Positions 38,801 through 48,383 of a DNA stretch of 64,000 nt are shown piece by piece. The translations under genes were made by a program, and so were the position numbers. The stretch covers positions 280-64,279 of the forward strand of contig CAXSHS010000003.1 in NCBI GenBank assembly GCA_964237325.1, read 5' to 3'. Position 1 is the stretch's first letter, and each line of letters opens with the position of its first letter. The stretch is from an uncultured Acidobacteriaceae bacterium. GTDB taxonomy: Bacteria > Acidobacteriota > Terriglobia > Terriglobales > Acidobacteriaceae. Under the pieces are notes generated by a model, which worked only from the letters and a program-made list of their open reading frames with translations, was not told the DNA's origin and did not search any database.

Positions 38801-39430
38801 CACGCCGTCAAGAATAAAGTTGTTCTGCTCCGCACGTTGACCATTCGCTGAGAAATCGCCCTTGTTCGCATTGCGCGAGCCCGGTTCGGACGGCGTCACG
38901 CCGGCCGCTAGCTGCGCTATGAAAGTAAAGTTTCGCCCATTGAGCGGCGTGTCATTGATCACTTTCGATGAAATCTCTTGCCCGGTTGAAGCCGATTCTG
39001 TCTGCAGGTCCGGCGGTGCCGAAGTCACCACCACGGACTGATCCGCACCCGCTACACCGACCCGCAAGTCCGCGGTTGTCGTAGAGGCTACGTTTACCTG
39101 CACATCCTTCTGGGTTGTTGGGGCAAAGCCTGTCGCGGCCACCATGACGGTGTAGATACCCAGGTGCAGCGGCGTCGCCGTGTAGTTGCCCTGGGCGTCG
39201 GTGGAGACCGTCAAGGTGAAGCTGGTCGCCTGGTTTGTCAGTGTCACTTTTGCGCCGGCGATGGCTGCGCCGGTGCTGTCCTGTATAGAACCGCTTATGC
39301 TGCCCTGGTCCACCTGTGCGAGAGCAGTACGGACGCTGTAATTCAGTACGGCGCAAGCGCTGAGCGAAAGCGCGCCAACCGTGAGGAATCTAAATCCAGG
39401 CTCTCTCCTGATTCCACTAAAGCTGAACAT
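35849..39430 (-). CDS. TonB-dependent receptor (Oar-like, N-terminal carboxypeptidase-regulatory-like domain)
   Basis: GSISGSIQDSTGAAIAGAKV, PLNGRNF, NNFILDGVDNN, NQFGATLGGP, QDNWR, LNLGIRYE; ends RVVQFALKYIF. Confidence 0.93.
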   Translation of the reverse strand: MFSFSGIRREPGFRFLTVGALSLSACAVLNYSVRTALAQVDQGSISGSIQDSTGAAIAGAKVTLTNQATSFTLTVSTDAQGNYTATPLHLGIYTVMVAATGFAPTTQKDVQVNVASTTTADLRVGVAGADQSVVVTSAPPDLQTESASTGQEISSKVINDTPLNGRNFTFIAQLAAGVTPSEPGSRNANKGDFSANGQRAEQNNFILDGVDNNASLVDFLNGASFVIKPPPDALAEFKVETGDYTAELGHSAGAVLNVATKSGSNQFHGDLWEYFRNDVLNSRDYFETVVPKYRQNQFGATLGGPLLKDHLFFFGDVEANRIIFGQSGVYTVPTPLMRTGDFTELLNATANGRGQALTLYQPGGPTRDANGNITANNYLNCNGQQNVICPAQVDQVGQRLLNAYPLPNRGGLGNTINNYTFQGNASDNTTQYDGRLDWNISPKDQTFARYSYSNEPVSLTAPLGVLDGAGFGGSGSTVVEGRNFTFSETHIFTPSFINEFRIGYNWIAAAYVPQNAGVDLSTQFGIGGIPFTPGNGGLPSLNIGGFSGVGSPAFEPTREYENVAQLLDNVSKQIGNHSLRFGVDFERIRVQTNQPVDPKGSFNFDGKFSQDPSNTNNTGFGGADLLLNNLDSTSIANEFTSHDQRWYRAAYAQDNWRPRQNLTLNLGIRYEYTQPINELDGHQANFVPDYASGTATYLIPAKVQNSSTLTPKFLGALAANNVTVQYTNNNLLVNPAFLNFSPRVGIVFQPDSKTVLRTGYGIFYGGLESVGYYPNLSQNFPFQYDSNFPSAGCAPGACPTNGQTLETGFSAALTAGLANFVNQPGFRSYPVKTQTPYSQLFNLTVQRLVSNSTTATVAYVGSVTRHLQTGYDPNIPDQLIPAGVNEQTLRPYNQFGGSSLVAYAASSNYNSLQLTLERRLTKGLSFLGDYTYAHGLDDANVLLFGNGVRNQRLLGPGYDYGGSAVDVRQRLSFNAQYELPFGRGRQYLNQGGIVNEVAGGWATSLVFRVQTGQPVNIFANNNAAGTGNAYPYKVTDPFKAGGTPTSTNMVCATKTRTVATWFNPCAFVNPPKVIAAVNPTTGQPNVAGPGQILANAPNAATIAYGPPGRQQIYGPGYNRTDFSAFKSFAVIRETNVQFRADIFNLWNTPAYGQPGGTTGGGFGQITGERFGGGGTSGESPDARVVQFALKYIF

Positions 39431-39777
39431 ACGTCATTCCTTTTCGTCGCTTTCGCGGCGGTACTCTTTTGAAAATAGTTGCGATCAAATACACGTACTG
39501 AGAACAATGTCCGGTCTGAACGCCCTAAAAGGCGAGGAACAGCTTGAACAAAAGCGTCTACCCCGGCAACTCACTGAGCAGCAGTCTGTAAGGTGGCGTA
39601 ACCGTACGTCAATCGAATGGAATCATTGCAAACTTCGCAAATCGATGCCGCATGCATCGGAGTTGCCACATTGTCTCTTTACCTCGGAAGTGCGCCCTCG
39701 ACGCCCTTTATCGCAGCTTTAAAGCATCATCGTGTAACGCGCGCCGGGCGCATCCCGATGCCGGGGGCTACATTCAG

Positions 39778-39849
39778 GTGGACTATAGAAAGTCCACTAC
39801 TGAGTTGCCATCGTTAGAACGTATGCTTTTCGGGTACGTCTTTCGGGTA
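39778..39849. promoter_or_regulatory. Candidate regulator sites upstream of the TBDR
   Basis: Inverted repeat GTGGACT-N6-AGTCCAC (39778-39797) and direct repeat TTTCGGGTA twice (39828-39836, 39841-39849). Confidence 0.35.
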
Positions 39850-39946
39850 ATGTATGTGAAGCCTGAAGCGGCGATGCATGGCTCACCACAAGACGCGGAA
39901 GCAGTTGCGTCTCAAACGGAACAGCTACAAACTTTAGGGAGCCAGT

Positions 39947-40561
39947 TTAGAGCTCCAAAAATCCACGGCGCACGGCAATCGCGACAGAATGCGCTCGATC
40001 ACTGGCTCCAAGCTTGTCCATGATATGTCGCAGGTGGGCCTTGACTGTCTGCTCGCTGATAAACAGGAGCTTGCCGATATCTCTGTTGCTGTTACCTGTG
40101 GCGACGTGCGTAAGGATTTCACTTTCTCTCATGGTGAGTGGCTGCTCTGAGAGGTAGGTCGCAAGCTGGGTCGCTGCAAGCGGCGAGATATACCGAAGAC
40201 CGGCATGCGTAGCGCGAATGGCATCGAGCATTTCGCTGGGAAGCATGGTCTTGAGCATGTAACCTCGCGCGCCGGCGGCAAGGGAGCGCGCAATGCTTGC
40301 GTCTCCCTGAAACGTGGATAGCATAAGAACTCGGGCTGCGGGATGTGCGGCGCGAATCTGGGCGAGAGCTTCAATGCCGGAAAGGTCGGGCAGGCGAACA
40401 TCCATCAGGGTCACATCGGGAAGATGCTCATCGTATATGGCAATCCCTTGCTGCGCGGTTGTTGCCTGGGCAACCAGGCGCATGTCTTCCTGGGTGTTCA
40501 GAATTGCAGCGAGACCTTCCTGGAAGGCGGGATGATCGTCAATGCTGAGAAGTCGGATCAT
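39947..40561 (-). CDS. NarL/LuxR-family DNA-binding response regulator
   Basis: REC domain (IDDH, LMDVRLP) plus LuxR HTH (LTMRESEIL...SNRDIGKLLFISEQTVKAH). Confidence 0.95.
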   Translation of the reverse strand: MIRLLSIDDHPAFQEGLAAILNTQEDMRLVAQATTAQQGIAIYDEHLPDVTLMDVRLPDLSGIEALAQIRAAHPAARVLMLSTFQGDASIARSLAAGARGYMLKTMLPSEMLDAIRATHAGLRYISPLAATQLATYLSEQPLTMRESEILTHVATGNSNRDIGKLLFISEQTVKAHLRHIMDKLGASDRAHSVAIAVRRGFLEL

Positions 40562-40615
40562 GAGGTAAGTGCGCTCCTCTTTGAGGATGTATAAAACTGA
40601 CTGAGTAGAACAAAA

Positions 40616-43600
40616 TCAGCGGCGGAGACGTCGACGCCAGATGGAAGCCGATTGTTTGCGTGACGGTTCGCCATATGCGATGGGCCCTAGAAGCGCAACC
40701 TCGACCGTTGTGCCGCAGGGAGCGTTAGGGAGAATGTTAAGACGCCCTCCTATCGACTGCGCACGCTCGCGCATACCGGTGATGCCCCAGTGGCCGTGAC
40801 GCCCGCGTAGCTGCGTCTGCCGGTCAAAACCTTGTCCATTGTCACTTACGCTTATGAAGAAGTGAGCAGGTTGGTACAAAATGTCGAGCCGGATGCTGTT
40901 CGCACCGGAGTGCTGCACGGCATTGGCGACTGCCTCCCTTGCGATCTGTTCCACTTCAAGCTGCACAAGCGGGCGCAGATTGATGTGGATGCCGGCACTG
41001 TGGATTTCAGGCTCTACGCCGGCCGGCAAGTCCATCTCACGCAAAGCGAGCGTCAGCCGGGTCTCCAATGAATCCGGCGGCACTACAGGCGAGCGCAAAC
41101 CGTCCACCGTCTTGCGGCCCTGCTCGGCAATCTCGCGCAGTCGCTGGGAGGCATGACTCAGCATGTGGGAAGCAGGGGCACCGGCAAGCACTTGTTGCGA
41201 GGCGGCATACATTTGCATCGAGACTCCGATCATGCCTTGCAGCAGCGTGTCATGCAGCTCTCTAGCGATGCGCGTGCGCTCCTGCATGCGCTCCTGCATG
41301 CCGGCATTGATGCGCGCGCTGATCTGAGCGACGCGGAGCCTGTGAAGCTGCCAGACGCATGTGCAGAGGAACAGCGCGACAAGGGTCAGAAACAACCCGG
41401 TTTGATAAAAGTACGGTCGAACCCGCACGGACAGGGAGCTTCCTGCTGAGGTCCACTTGCCGTAACCATCTGAATTCGCTACCCGAAAGGTATAAGAGCC
41501 AGGCGGAATACCGGTGTAGGTGGCATCGCGCAGCGTGCCTGCTTCGATCCAGTCCTTGTCCCAGCCTTCGAGGCGATACCGAAAACGAATGCGACCCGGG
41601 ATTCGGAACTCTGGAAGCGTGTAACGGATATTGAGGCGGTGGCGGCCGGCCGGCACTGTGAACGAAGAGGTGGCAGCAAGGGCGGTGTTTTGGTCATCGA
41701 TGGCAACTCTGTCAATGATGATGGGAGCCAGAGACCCGGTCTGTATTCCGTGCGGATCGATCATCGCCAGCTCTTGCAGCGTCACTGCCCAGATGTCACC
41801 GTGCCTTGAACGGAAGACCGAGTTGACACGCACTTGCGCGTTGCGGAAGCCGTCGCCCATACCGAACGCCACCGAGGTCCCCCGTAAATCACATTGAGGA
41901 AAAAGAAGATCGGCTGCATTGATTTCCACAATACCCTGGTCGGTTCCGAGCCATAGGTGACCTGCGGTATCATCAGCCACGCCCTCGATGATATTTGTCG
42001 GCAGGTTGTTCGATCGCGTGAAAAGTCGCACCGGGGCAAGCGAGGCGGGCACATAGATCAATCCGGACTCGGAGCCTACCCATAGGCTGCCGTCCAAGGA
42101 AGGATCAATCGAAGTTATATTTGCGCAGCAAAAGACATGTGTTACAACCCCATTGTGAATACGATTAAGCCCGGATATTGTCCCTATCCAGATATTGCCG
42201 GCTGTGTCGTCGACCATGGCTTGCACATTATTGTCATCAAGGCCATTTGCTGTTGTGTAGGAGCGGGTCGAACCGTCAGCCGCGTATGCAAGTACACCCA
42301 TCTCTGAACCGCTGACCCAGATCGTGCCGTTGCGGTCAATCAGCATGCTGCCGACCGAAGCCCAGGCGATGCGAGGTAAAGGACGCTCCAGCATGCCGTC
42401 GCTGAGCACACTATGACCGTCGTGATCGGCGAGAACCATACCGCGGCTGCTACCATGCGCGCTACGCGCCCAAAGCGAGACAGCTTGCCGGCCATGCACT
42501 GCATCCTGCGCATGACCTTGCATTAGTCCTTTCGTAGTCGTTGATCCTGAGCTTAGAGGGACCAGCGTTCCGTCGTGTACGTGAAACAGGTTGCTGCCGC
42601 GTCCGAACCAAAGCTCGTGATCCGGCCCCTGGGATCTCTGCATATTTAGAGTTGATCTTGGCAGATCTTCACCGGCGCTATAGGAAGTCACGGCCCCATC
42701 ACTTAGCTGGTTGAGCCCGTCGATTGCGCCCAGCCAGAGGCTGCCGTCGCGTGAGCAGTAAAGCAAGTACAACTCATCACTGGTAAGCCCTTGCGCAGCG
42801 CGCAGCCGCTGCACGCCTCGGGAGTTCAGCCGAAACAGGCCCTGGCCTGTCGAGCCTGTCCAGATGGTATCGACGTCGCCATCGGGGTCAATCGCAAGCA
42901 TGGTCGCGACATCCAATCCCGGTACCGCGATGGAGATGAAACGGTCACCCACATGCCGATTAAGACCACCGTCGCCCGCCGTCCATAGCCGGCCTTCACG
43001 GTCCAACGCGAGAGCGTAAATCCGATCGCTGGCCAGACCGTCCTCTCGGGTAAAGCGCTGAAAACCTCGTTTGTAATCAAACGCAAACAAGCCGTGAAAC
43101 GTAGCGATCCAAAGTGTGCCCTGCGCATCGACAAGCAAAGCATTTGTGTCCTGGATGCGCCCTGCAGTGGGGCTCGCATAGCGGCGCACTGTCTTGCCGT
43201 CGAAATGGAACAGTTCTCCCCGCCAGGTGACAGCCCAGACTCCGCCGGACGGATCGGCACCTATGCGCCAAATCGAGCTACCTGGTAGCCCGTCCCGGCT
43301 GTTGTAAGAACGAAACTGCCCATCGCGATAGCGGGTCAGGCCGCCGGCGCTGCTGATCCACAAGCTGCCGCCGCGGTCTTCAGCAAGTCCGGTGATCGAT
43401 TCATTCGGAATGGAGTTGGACGCGCCGGCTTTATAGAGTACAAAGCCCGCGCCGTCGAACCGTGCCAGGCCGCCGCGCGTCCCGATCCACAGAAATCCAT
43501 CCCGGGTTTGAAGCATAGCGCGGATTGAATCTTGAGGCAGGCCTTGTTCGGAGGTCCAGGTACGCAGCACGTATTGCCGAAGATCTTTTGCGGGATTGAG

Positions 43601-43702
43601 GGCGAAGCCATGTAGGGTAAAGAGCCAGGCGAGGACGACGGTGAGAGCCGCCGCACGAGTGAAAGAGCAACGTCCGCGTGGCTGATTCGTTTGCGTGTGC
43701 AT
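40616..43702 (-). CDS. Sensor histidine kinase with periplasmic beta-propeller (Reg_prop) and Y_Y_Y domains, HisKA_3 type
   Basis: Repeats DGFLWIGT..GL; FRYRLEGWDKDW...ATYTGIPPGSYTFRV; TM; ERTRIARELHD; EAVANA; DNGQG; GITGMRER. Confidence 0.93.
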   Translation of the reverse strand: MHTQTNQPRGRCSFTRAAALTVVLAWLFTLHGFALNPAKDLRQYVLRTWTSEQGLPQDSIRAMLQTRDGFLWIGTRGGLARFDGAGFVLYKAGASNSIPNESITGLAEDRGGSLWISSAGGLTRYRDGQFRSYNSRDGLPGSSIWRIGADPSGGVWAVTWRGELFHFDGKTVRRYASPTAGRIQDTNALLVDAQGTLWIATFHGLFAFDYKRGFQRFTREDGLASDRIYALALDREGRLWTAGDGGLNRHVGDRFISIAVPGLDVATMLAIDPDGDVDTIWTGSTGQGLFRLNSRGVQRLRAAQGLTSDELYLLYCSRDGSLWLGAIDGLNQLSDGAVTSYSAGEDLPRSTLNMQRSQGPDHELWFGRGSNLFHVHDGTLVPLSSGSTTTKGLMQGHAQDAVHGRQAVSLWARSAHGSSRGMVLADHDGHSVLSDGMLERPLPRIAWASVGSMLIDRNGTIWVSGSEMGVLAYAADGSTRSYTTANGLDDNNVQAMVDDTAGNIWIGTISGLNRIHNGVVTHVFCCANITSIDPSLDGSLWVGSESGLIYVPASLAPVRLFTRSNNLPTNIIEGVADDTAGHLWLGTDQGIVEINAADLLFPQCDLRGTSVAFGMGDGFRNAQVRVNSVFRSRHGDIWAVTLQELAMIDPHGIQTGSLAPIIIDRVAIDDQNTALAATSSFTVPAGRHRLNIRYTLPEFRIPGRIRFRYRLEGWDKDWIEAGTLRDATYTGIPPGSYTFRVANSDGYGKWTSAGSSLSVRVRPYFYQTGLFLTLVALFLCTCVWQLHRLRVAQISARINAGMQERMQERTRIARELHDTLLQGMIGVSMQMYAASQQVLAGAPASHMLSHASQRLREIAEQGRKTVDGLRSPVVPPDSLETRLTLALREMDLPAGVEPEIHSAGIHINLRPLVQLEVEQIAREAVANAVQHSGANSIRLDILYQPAHFFISVSDNGQGFDRQTQLRGRHGHWGITGMRERAQSIGGRLNILPNAPCGTTVEVALLGPIAYGEPSRKQSASIWRRRLRR

Positions 43703-43873
43703 GACTCGGTGGCCGGTCCTGTTGCGTGGTGTTTAGCTACATGGGGCAGGGCTAAACCGACTAAAGCTACAGGTTGAAAGGGATGTGGCGCAAGCAGAGT
43801 TTTAACTCTTAGGGGGCTGATACGGCACAGGCCCTGGCTCTGTGCCGCACCTAAGGACAAGTTCAGTTGAGAA

Positions 43874-45055
43874 CTACTGGGTGAGGCGCAGGAGCAGCGA
43901 GGAATGGCCCTTCAACGCAAACTTATAGTCGTCCTGCATGGGACCGAGATCCTTTCCCGCCCATAGATCACGGGCCTTCCAGCCCGGGGCTGCGCCGGCT
44001 TCCCTGAGGTGGAGAGTTATTCCTCGTAGGAAGGAATCGTTATCGTTGAAGTTGATGATATCCAGGGCGACCGCGCCGCCGGTAAGAGGGCGCGACCAGA
44101 TTTCGATAGGACCTTCAGCGTAGATGCGGTTGGCCTCATGGCCCAAAGAGTCCTGGTCGATCGCGACGATCTCGCGATTGGTGAGGATGGCAGTGATCTC
44201 GGGCGTGAGCTGGCTCAGATTATTGCCGGCGAGCAGAGGCGCGGCGAGCATCGCCCAGAGGCCCATGTGCACGCGATTTTCATCGAGGGTAAGCTTGCCG
44301 TTGCCGACCTCGAGCATGTCGGGATCATTCCAGTGTCCGGGTCCGGCGTATTTTGCCAGATTAGCCTGCTCACGACCGATGAGGCTCATGCGGTCGAAGT
44401 TGGGTTGGACATCGCCGGTCGTGCGCCAAAGATTGGCGCCTACCTCGGGAGCCCACTGCCAGACTGAATCCCAGCCATACTGGCAAAGGCTGTACACCAT
44501 GGGGCGACCCGTCTTAAGGATAGCCTGGTGCATCTTTTCATAGGCGGCCTTCATCATCTGGTCCTGCTTGGCCTTGTCGTCCGGCGCGGCCTGGGTCATG
44601 ACCCCGTGGAAGCTGCATAGATCATATTTCAAATAATCAATGCCCCAGGAGGCGTAAAGGTCGGCGTCCTGCTGCTCGTGGTTGTAACTGCCTTCGTAGC
44701 GGGCGCAGGTCTGGGGACCGGGTGAGCTGTAGATGCCGAGCTTCAAGCCTTTGCTGTGGACATAGTCGGCAAGAGCTTTCATATCAGGAAACTTCTCGTT
44801 GCTGTGGAGGACGCCGGACTCGTCACGTTTGCCTTCCCAGGTGTCGTCGATGTTCACATAAACATAGCCCGCGTCGCGCATGCCGGATGAGACTATCAAG
44901 TCAGCGGCTTGGCGGATGTCCTTATCGGTCACCTTGTCAAAAAACCAGTTCCAGGAGTTCCAGCCCATGGGCGGGGTGGATGCGAGCTGCGTCTGCGCGG
45001 GAGCAAGCGTAGCGAGCGACAGTAGTAAGAGTGCTGCATAAAATCTGAGACGCAT
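43874..45055 (-). CDS. GH27 alpha-galactosidase
   Basis: Signal peptide; TPPMGWNSWN, IDDTW, YLKYD, WRTTGD, WNDPDML. Confidence 0.93.
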   Translation of the reverse strand: MRLRFYAALLLLSLATLAPAQTQLASTPPMGWNSWNWFFDKVTDKDIRQAADLIVSSGMRDAGYVYVNIDDTWEGKRDESGVLHSNEKFPDMKALADYVHSKGLKLGIYSSPGPQTCARYEGSYNHEQQDADLYASWGIDYLKYDLCSFHGVMTQAAPDDKAKQDQMMKAAYEKMHQAILKTGRPMVYSLCQYGWDSVWQWAPEVGANLWRTTGDVQPNFDRMSLIGREQANLAKYAGPGHWNDPDMLEVGNGKLTLDENRVHMGLWAMLAAPLLAGNNLSQLTPEITAILTNREIVAIDQDSLGHEANRIYAEGPIEIWSRPLTGGAVALDIINFNDNDSFLRGITLHLREAGAAPGWKARDLWAGKDLGPMQDDYKFALKGHSSLLLRLTQ

Positions 45056-45348
45056 GGGGAACTTCCGATCCTGCAGGGCATTGGGATGAAACGTCGAGAA
45101 GATAGTACATCCAAGTGCTTACAACATGGGTTGGTTCAACAAAAATCAACTTCTAGGCGGTTCGCGTTGGAATGAAGCCGGTTTTCTCACTGTGATCGAT
45201 CAGTACTCTGCCGCGCTACCGGGTGATGCAGCAGGTACCGCCCGGCAGACGCGACAAACAGTACGATCACCGGCCTGGGTGTTGCGGTCATCCCCGCATT
45301 GATACGCACATACATCGCTTCTACTCGCCGGGAGAGCGTATTTCGAGC

Positions 45349-45861
45349 TTAGTCGGCATCTGCAATGGGATCTACGTGGCGCTCGCCTACATGCAATCGC
45401 ACGATCTGGCCCGACTCTGCATCGACTCAAAAAATGCCTTGTTGTCGACGATCTTTACCGGTCGGGGATCGGAATCGACTTCCCAGTCATCAAGTAAAAC
45501 GTGTTCCACGACGAACGTGACCGGTACGGAAGTTACATTTTGAAGTAGATATTCCTGCTCTGCAACTGTGACCTTGTTGTGCAGCAGCACGCCGTCATGA
45601 GGGGCCTCCTCGACATGATGCGAAGTGTGCACGCTCTCAAGGCGGCAGACGGAATGGTCATTTCGCAGTTCCGCTTCGGTAAGGTTCGCCGCCGCCTCGC
45701 TCTCAGCCTGCACAATCTCGCAGCTCCGGTTGACATGAATTTTCTTGGGCGGGCCGGGGCCGAGTGGGAGCGGATGATTGAGAAACAGCCGAAGAACGGG
45801 CAAAACAAAGAACAATTGCTATGCTTAGCGACACTGCGCCGGAACTACGAGTCTTAGGCAT
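45349..45861 (-). pseudogene. Frameshifted exported hypothetical protein (DUF4139 C-terminal-like)
   Basis: Signal-peptide frame from ATG 45861 (MPKTRSSGAVSLSIAIVLCFA); body in a second frame (EYLLQNVTSVPVTFVVEH); end in another frame (V..RLHVGERH...TAA at 45349). Confidence 0.5.
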
Positions 45862-46107
45862 AAATGAAACTATATGCGCTCAGGACGGCTACTGGATGCC
45901 CCCTGACAGAGTACGAAGGCGAGCCGCGCGGTTTGTTCCTGATCGCGGCGGACAGACTGAACCAGGAATTATTGCAATTCATCGTTGGTAGGTGGAAACT
46001 GCTTAGCACGCCGACGCAGGCATAATCAAGGCGGGTACTCGCAGGAGCACCTGCCTTCTTTCTCGATGCAGAGATTGCCGTCTTCACTACACGCTATAGA
46101 GGATTCA

Positions 46108-47232
46108 ATGCAAAAAGATTCCAACTACCTTCTGTACAGCCCGGAGCTTGAAACCATTGCTCCCGATGAGCACATCACCTTCGACGAGCTTTCACGCACC
46201 ATGCAACACATCACACGGCATATGGCGACCCGGTACCGCCATGCGTACAGGCCTGTGCATGCCAAGTCACACGGCGTTCTGGTAGGAACACTTGAGGTGC
46301 CGCCAAACCTGCCGGAATTGCTGGCCCAGGGTCTCTTTGCGCAGGCCGGCCCGCATCCCGTTATCATGCGGTTCTCGACCAATCCTGGGGACATGCTGGC
46401 GGATAACGTTTCCAGTCCTCGCGGCCTTGCGATCAAGGTGCTGAAGGCGGACGGGCCGAAGGTTTTAAACCACATCGACGGAAGTACGCAGGACTTCGTC
46501 TGCATTAACGCAAACGTCTTCACCGCGCCGGATCCGAAAGGCTTTCTTGAGCAGATCAAGACCTTCGACAAGAACCTCGATACATCCGAAGGGGTGAAGC
46601 ACACGGTTTCTCTTGGCGCTCGTGCGGCAAATGCGGTGCTCAAGGCCGTACACCTGCCATCCGCAACGCTGGAAGGCATCGGTGCTTCTGCCACACATAT
46701 CCTCGGAGAAAGCTTTTCAACGGTGTCTCCATTACGATATGGCCGGTACGTTGCCAAGGTAGGGTTCGCACCCGGCTCAGAAAGCCTCAAGAAGTTAACC
46801 GGCGAGCTCATTGATCTCGGGGCGGATTACAATGCGCTTGAGGAACTTATCAAGAAGTTCTTCCGCCATGAAACGGCCGTGTGGGATGTTAAGGTACAGC
46901 TCGCACTCGCCCCGGATCAGTCGAACCTGGAAGAGAAAAACAAGGATTTTCCAGTCGAGGCGGCCGACAAAGAATGGCCGGAGGAGAAGAGTCCGTGGCA
47001 GACGGTGGCGCGTATCACGGTCACACCGCAGGACTCTTATTCCGACGCTCGACAACTCTTTGTGGATGAACGGCTGTCCTTCAGTCCATGGCATGCACTC
47101 GAGGAGCACCGTCCTTTGGGAGGTGTCATGCGATCCAGGTTGAAGGCCTATGAGGAGGCAATCAAGTACCGGGCGCAACGCAATGAGCGGGAGCGCGCTG
47201 AACCTTCAGACATCGACGAGGTTCCGGCTTAA
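46108..47232 (+). CDS. Catalase-related heme protein (small catalase-like family), paralogue A
   Basis: RBS GAGGA with ATG 46108; RPVHAKSHG, MRFS, PRGLAIKV, QDFVCIN, LSFSPWH, HRPLG, RLKAY (proximal Tyr). Confidence 0.88.
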   Translation: MQKDSNYLLYSPELETIAPDEHITFDELSRTMQHITRHMATRYRHAYRPVHAKSHGVLVGTLEVPPNLPELLAQGLFAQAGPHPVIMRFSTNPGDMLADNVSSPRGLAIKVLKADGPKVLNHIDGSTQDFVCINANVFTAPDPKGFLEQIKTFDKNLDTSEGVKHTVSLGARAANAVLKAVHLPSATLEGIGASATHILGESFSTVSPLRYGRYVAKVGFAPGSESLKKLTGELIDLGADYNALEELIKKFFRHETAVWDVKVQLALAPDQSNLEEKNKDFPVEAADKEWPEEKSPWQTVARITVTPQDSYSDARQLFVDERLSFSPWHALEEHRPLGGVMRSRLKAYEEAIKYRAQRNERERAEPSDIDEVPA

Positions 47233-47238
47233 GCACCG

Positions 47239-47265
47239 GGAGTGACGGATGGTATCCGTCACTCC
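47239..47265. terminator. Perfect 12-bp hairpin between convergent catalase-like genes
   Basis: GGAGTGACGGAT-GGT-ATCCGTCACTCC. Confidence 0.65.
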
Positions 47266-47297
47266 TTCAACATGCCGATTCGAATCGAACATGCCCG

Positions 47298-48383
47298 TTA
47301 CACCGGCACCTCTTCAAGACTCATCGGCATCTCCGCAGTCTTGCCGTTATCGGCCAGGCGTCGCTTCGACAGCATGGCGTACGCCAGCAGCCGTGCCCTA
47401 TTGATTCCGCCTAATGGGCGATGTGCAGCGAGAGCGTGTGCGGGCGAGAAAGAAAGATCTTCGAAGTACCCGTCCTTCGCCGAATCCCATGCCGTCTGCA
47501 CCGGAATGATCAGCTTGGCGACCGTCCGGTACTGCGATTCGGTTTCCGGCCACTTCGCTTGGGCTTCTTCAATCGGCATCTCGTCCAGACCGGTGTTGAG
47601 TTGGACTCTCAACTCAAACTCTGCCGGGTTTGTCCTGAAGAATGCGTTCATCGCCTCGCGCAGTGCGTCCGGGGTTTGCGGATCAAACGGCTGCTCCTTG
47701 AGCGCTGCAAGTCCTTGAGAAATCGGAAAGAGCCCCAGCTTTGCCACATAATCGCCATACCGGAACGCCGTTTGTGAAAAGTACTCCTCACCAGCCGGAT
47801 GCACTACCGGATGGCCATAGAACGCCAATTTTTCGGAGTTCACTCCCACCGTATTCAACATAGTGTTCGTGGCACGTGCCGCGGTCGATACCGCCCCCTT
47901 CACACTGTCTGAGAGCTTCGGCGCAATCTCTGCGTTCGGTTTGAACGCCTGTAGAAATTCCTTCATGCCGTTGGCCAGAAACTGCTTACCGACGTCAAAG
48001 ACCCAATCCTGCGTCGAAGCAGTATGCCCGTCGAGCTTTGGACCTTCCACGCCTAGAACCTTCACCGACATACCGCGATCTGTTGACAGTTTTGAGTCAT
48101 CTAGCAGCTCGCCCGGCTGCTGCGCCATGCGCACCAGCACCTCATACCGTCCGGGCTTGGCAAACATGCCCTGCGCCAGCTCCAGGGACAATCCTTCTTT
48201 GACGATCAGCTCGCCCTTCAGCAAGGCATGCGCTTTGGCATGCGAGATGCGCACCGATCGACCATACTTTTGGCGCGCCAGCTTCATACCCTGCGTCATT
48301 ACATCAACGATCTTCTGCTTGGTCTCGCTCTCGTCGGGAGCGATCGTTTCTAAATCGTCTCTATACAGTAGGTAGTTCGGCAT
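47298..48383 (-). CDS. Catalase-related heme protein, paralogue B
   Basis: RISHAKAHA, RGMSVKV, QDWVF, LSFSPAH, HRPLG, RLLAY; colinear with paralogue A. Confidence 0.85.
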   Translation of the reverse strand: MPNYLLYRDDLETIAPDESETKQKIVDVMTQGMKLARQKYGRSVRISHAKAHALLKGELIVKEGLSLELAQGMFAKPGRYEVLVRMAQQPGELLDDSKLSTDRGMSVKVLGVEGPKLDGHTASTQDWVFDVGKQFLANGMKEFLQAFKPNAEIAPKLSDSVKGAVSTAARATNTMLNTVGVNSEKLAFYGHPVVHPAGEEYFSQTAFRYGDYVAKLGLFPISQGLAALKEQPFDPQTPDALREAMNAFFRTNPAEFELRVQLNTGLDEMPIEEAQAKWPETESQYRTVAKLIIPVQTAWDSAKDGYFEDLSFSPAHALAAHRPLGGINRARLLAYAMLSKRRLADNGKTAEMPMSLEEVPV

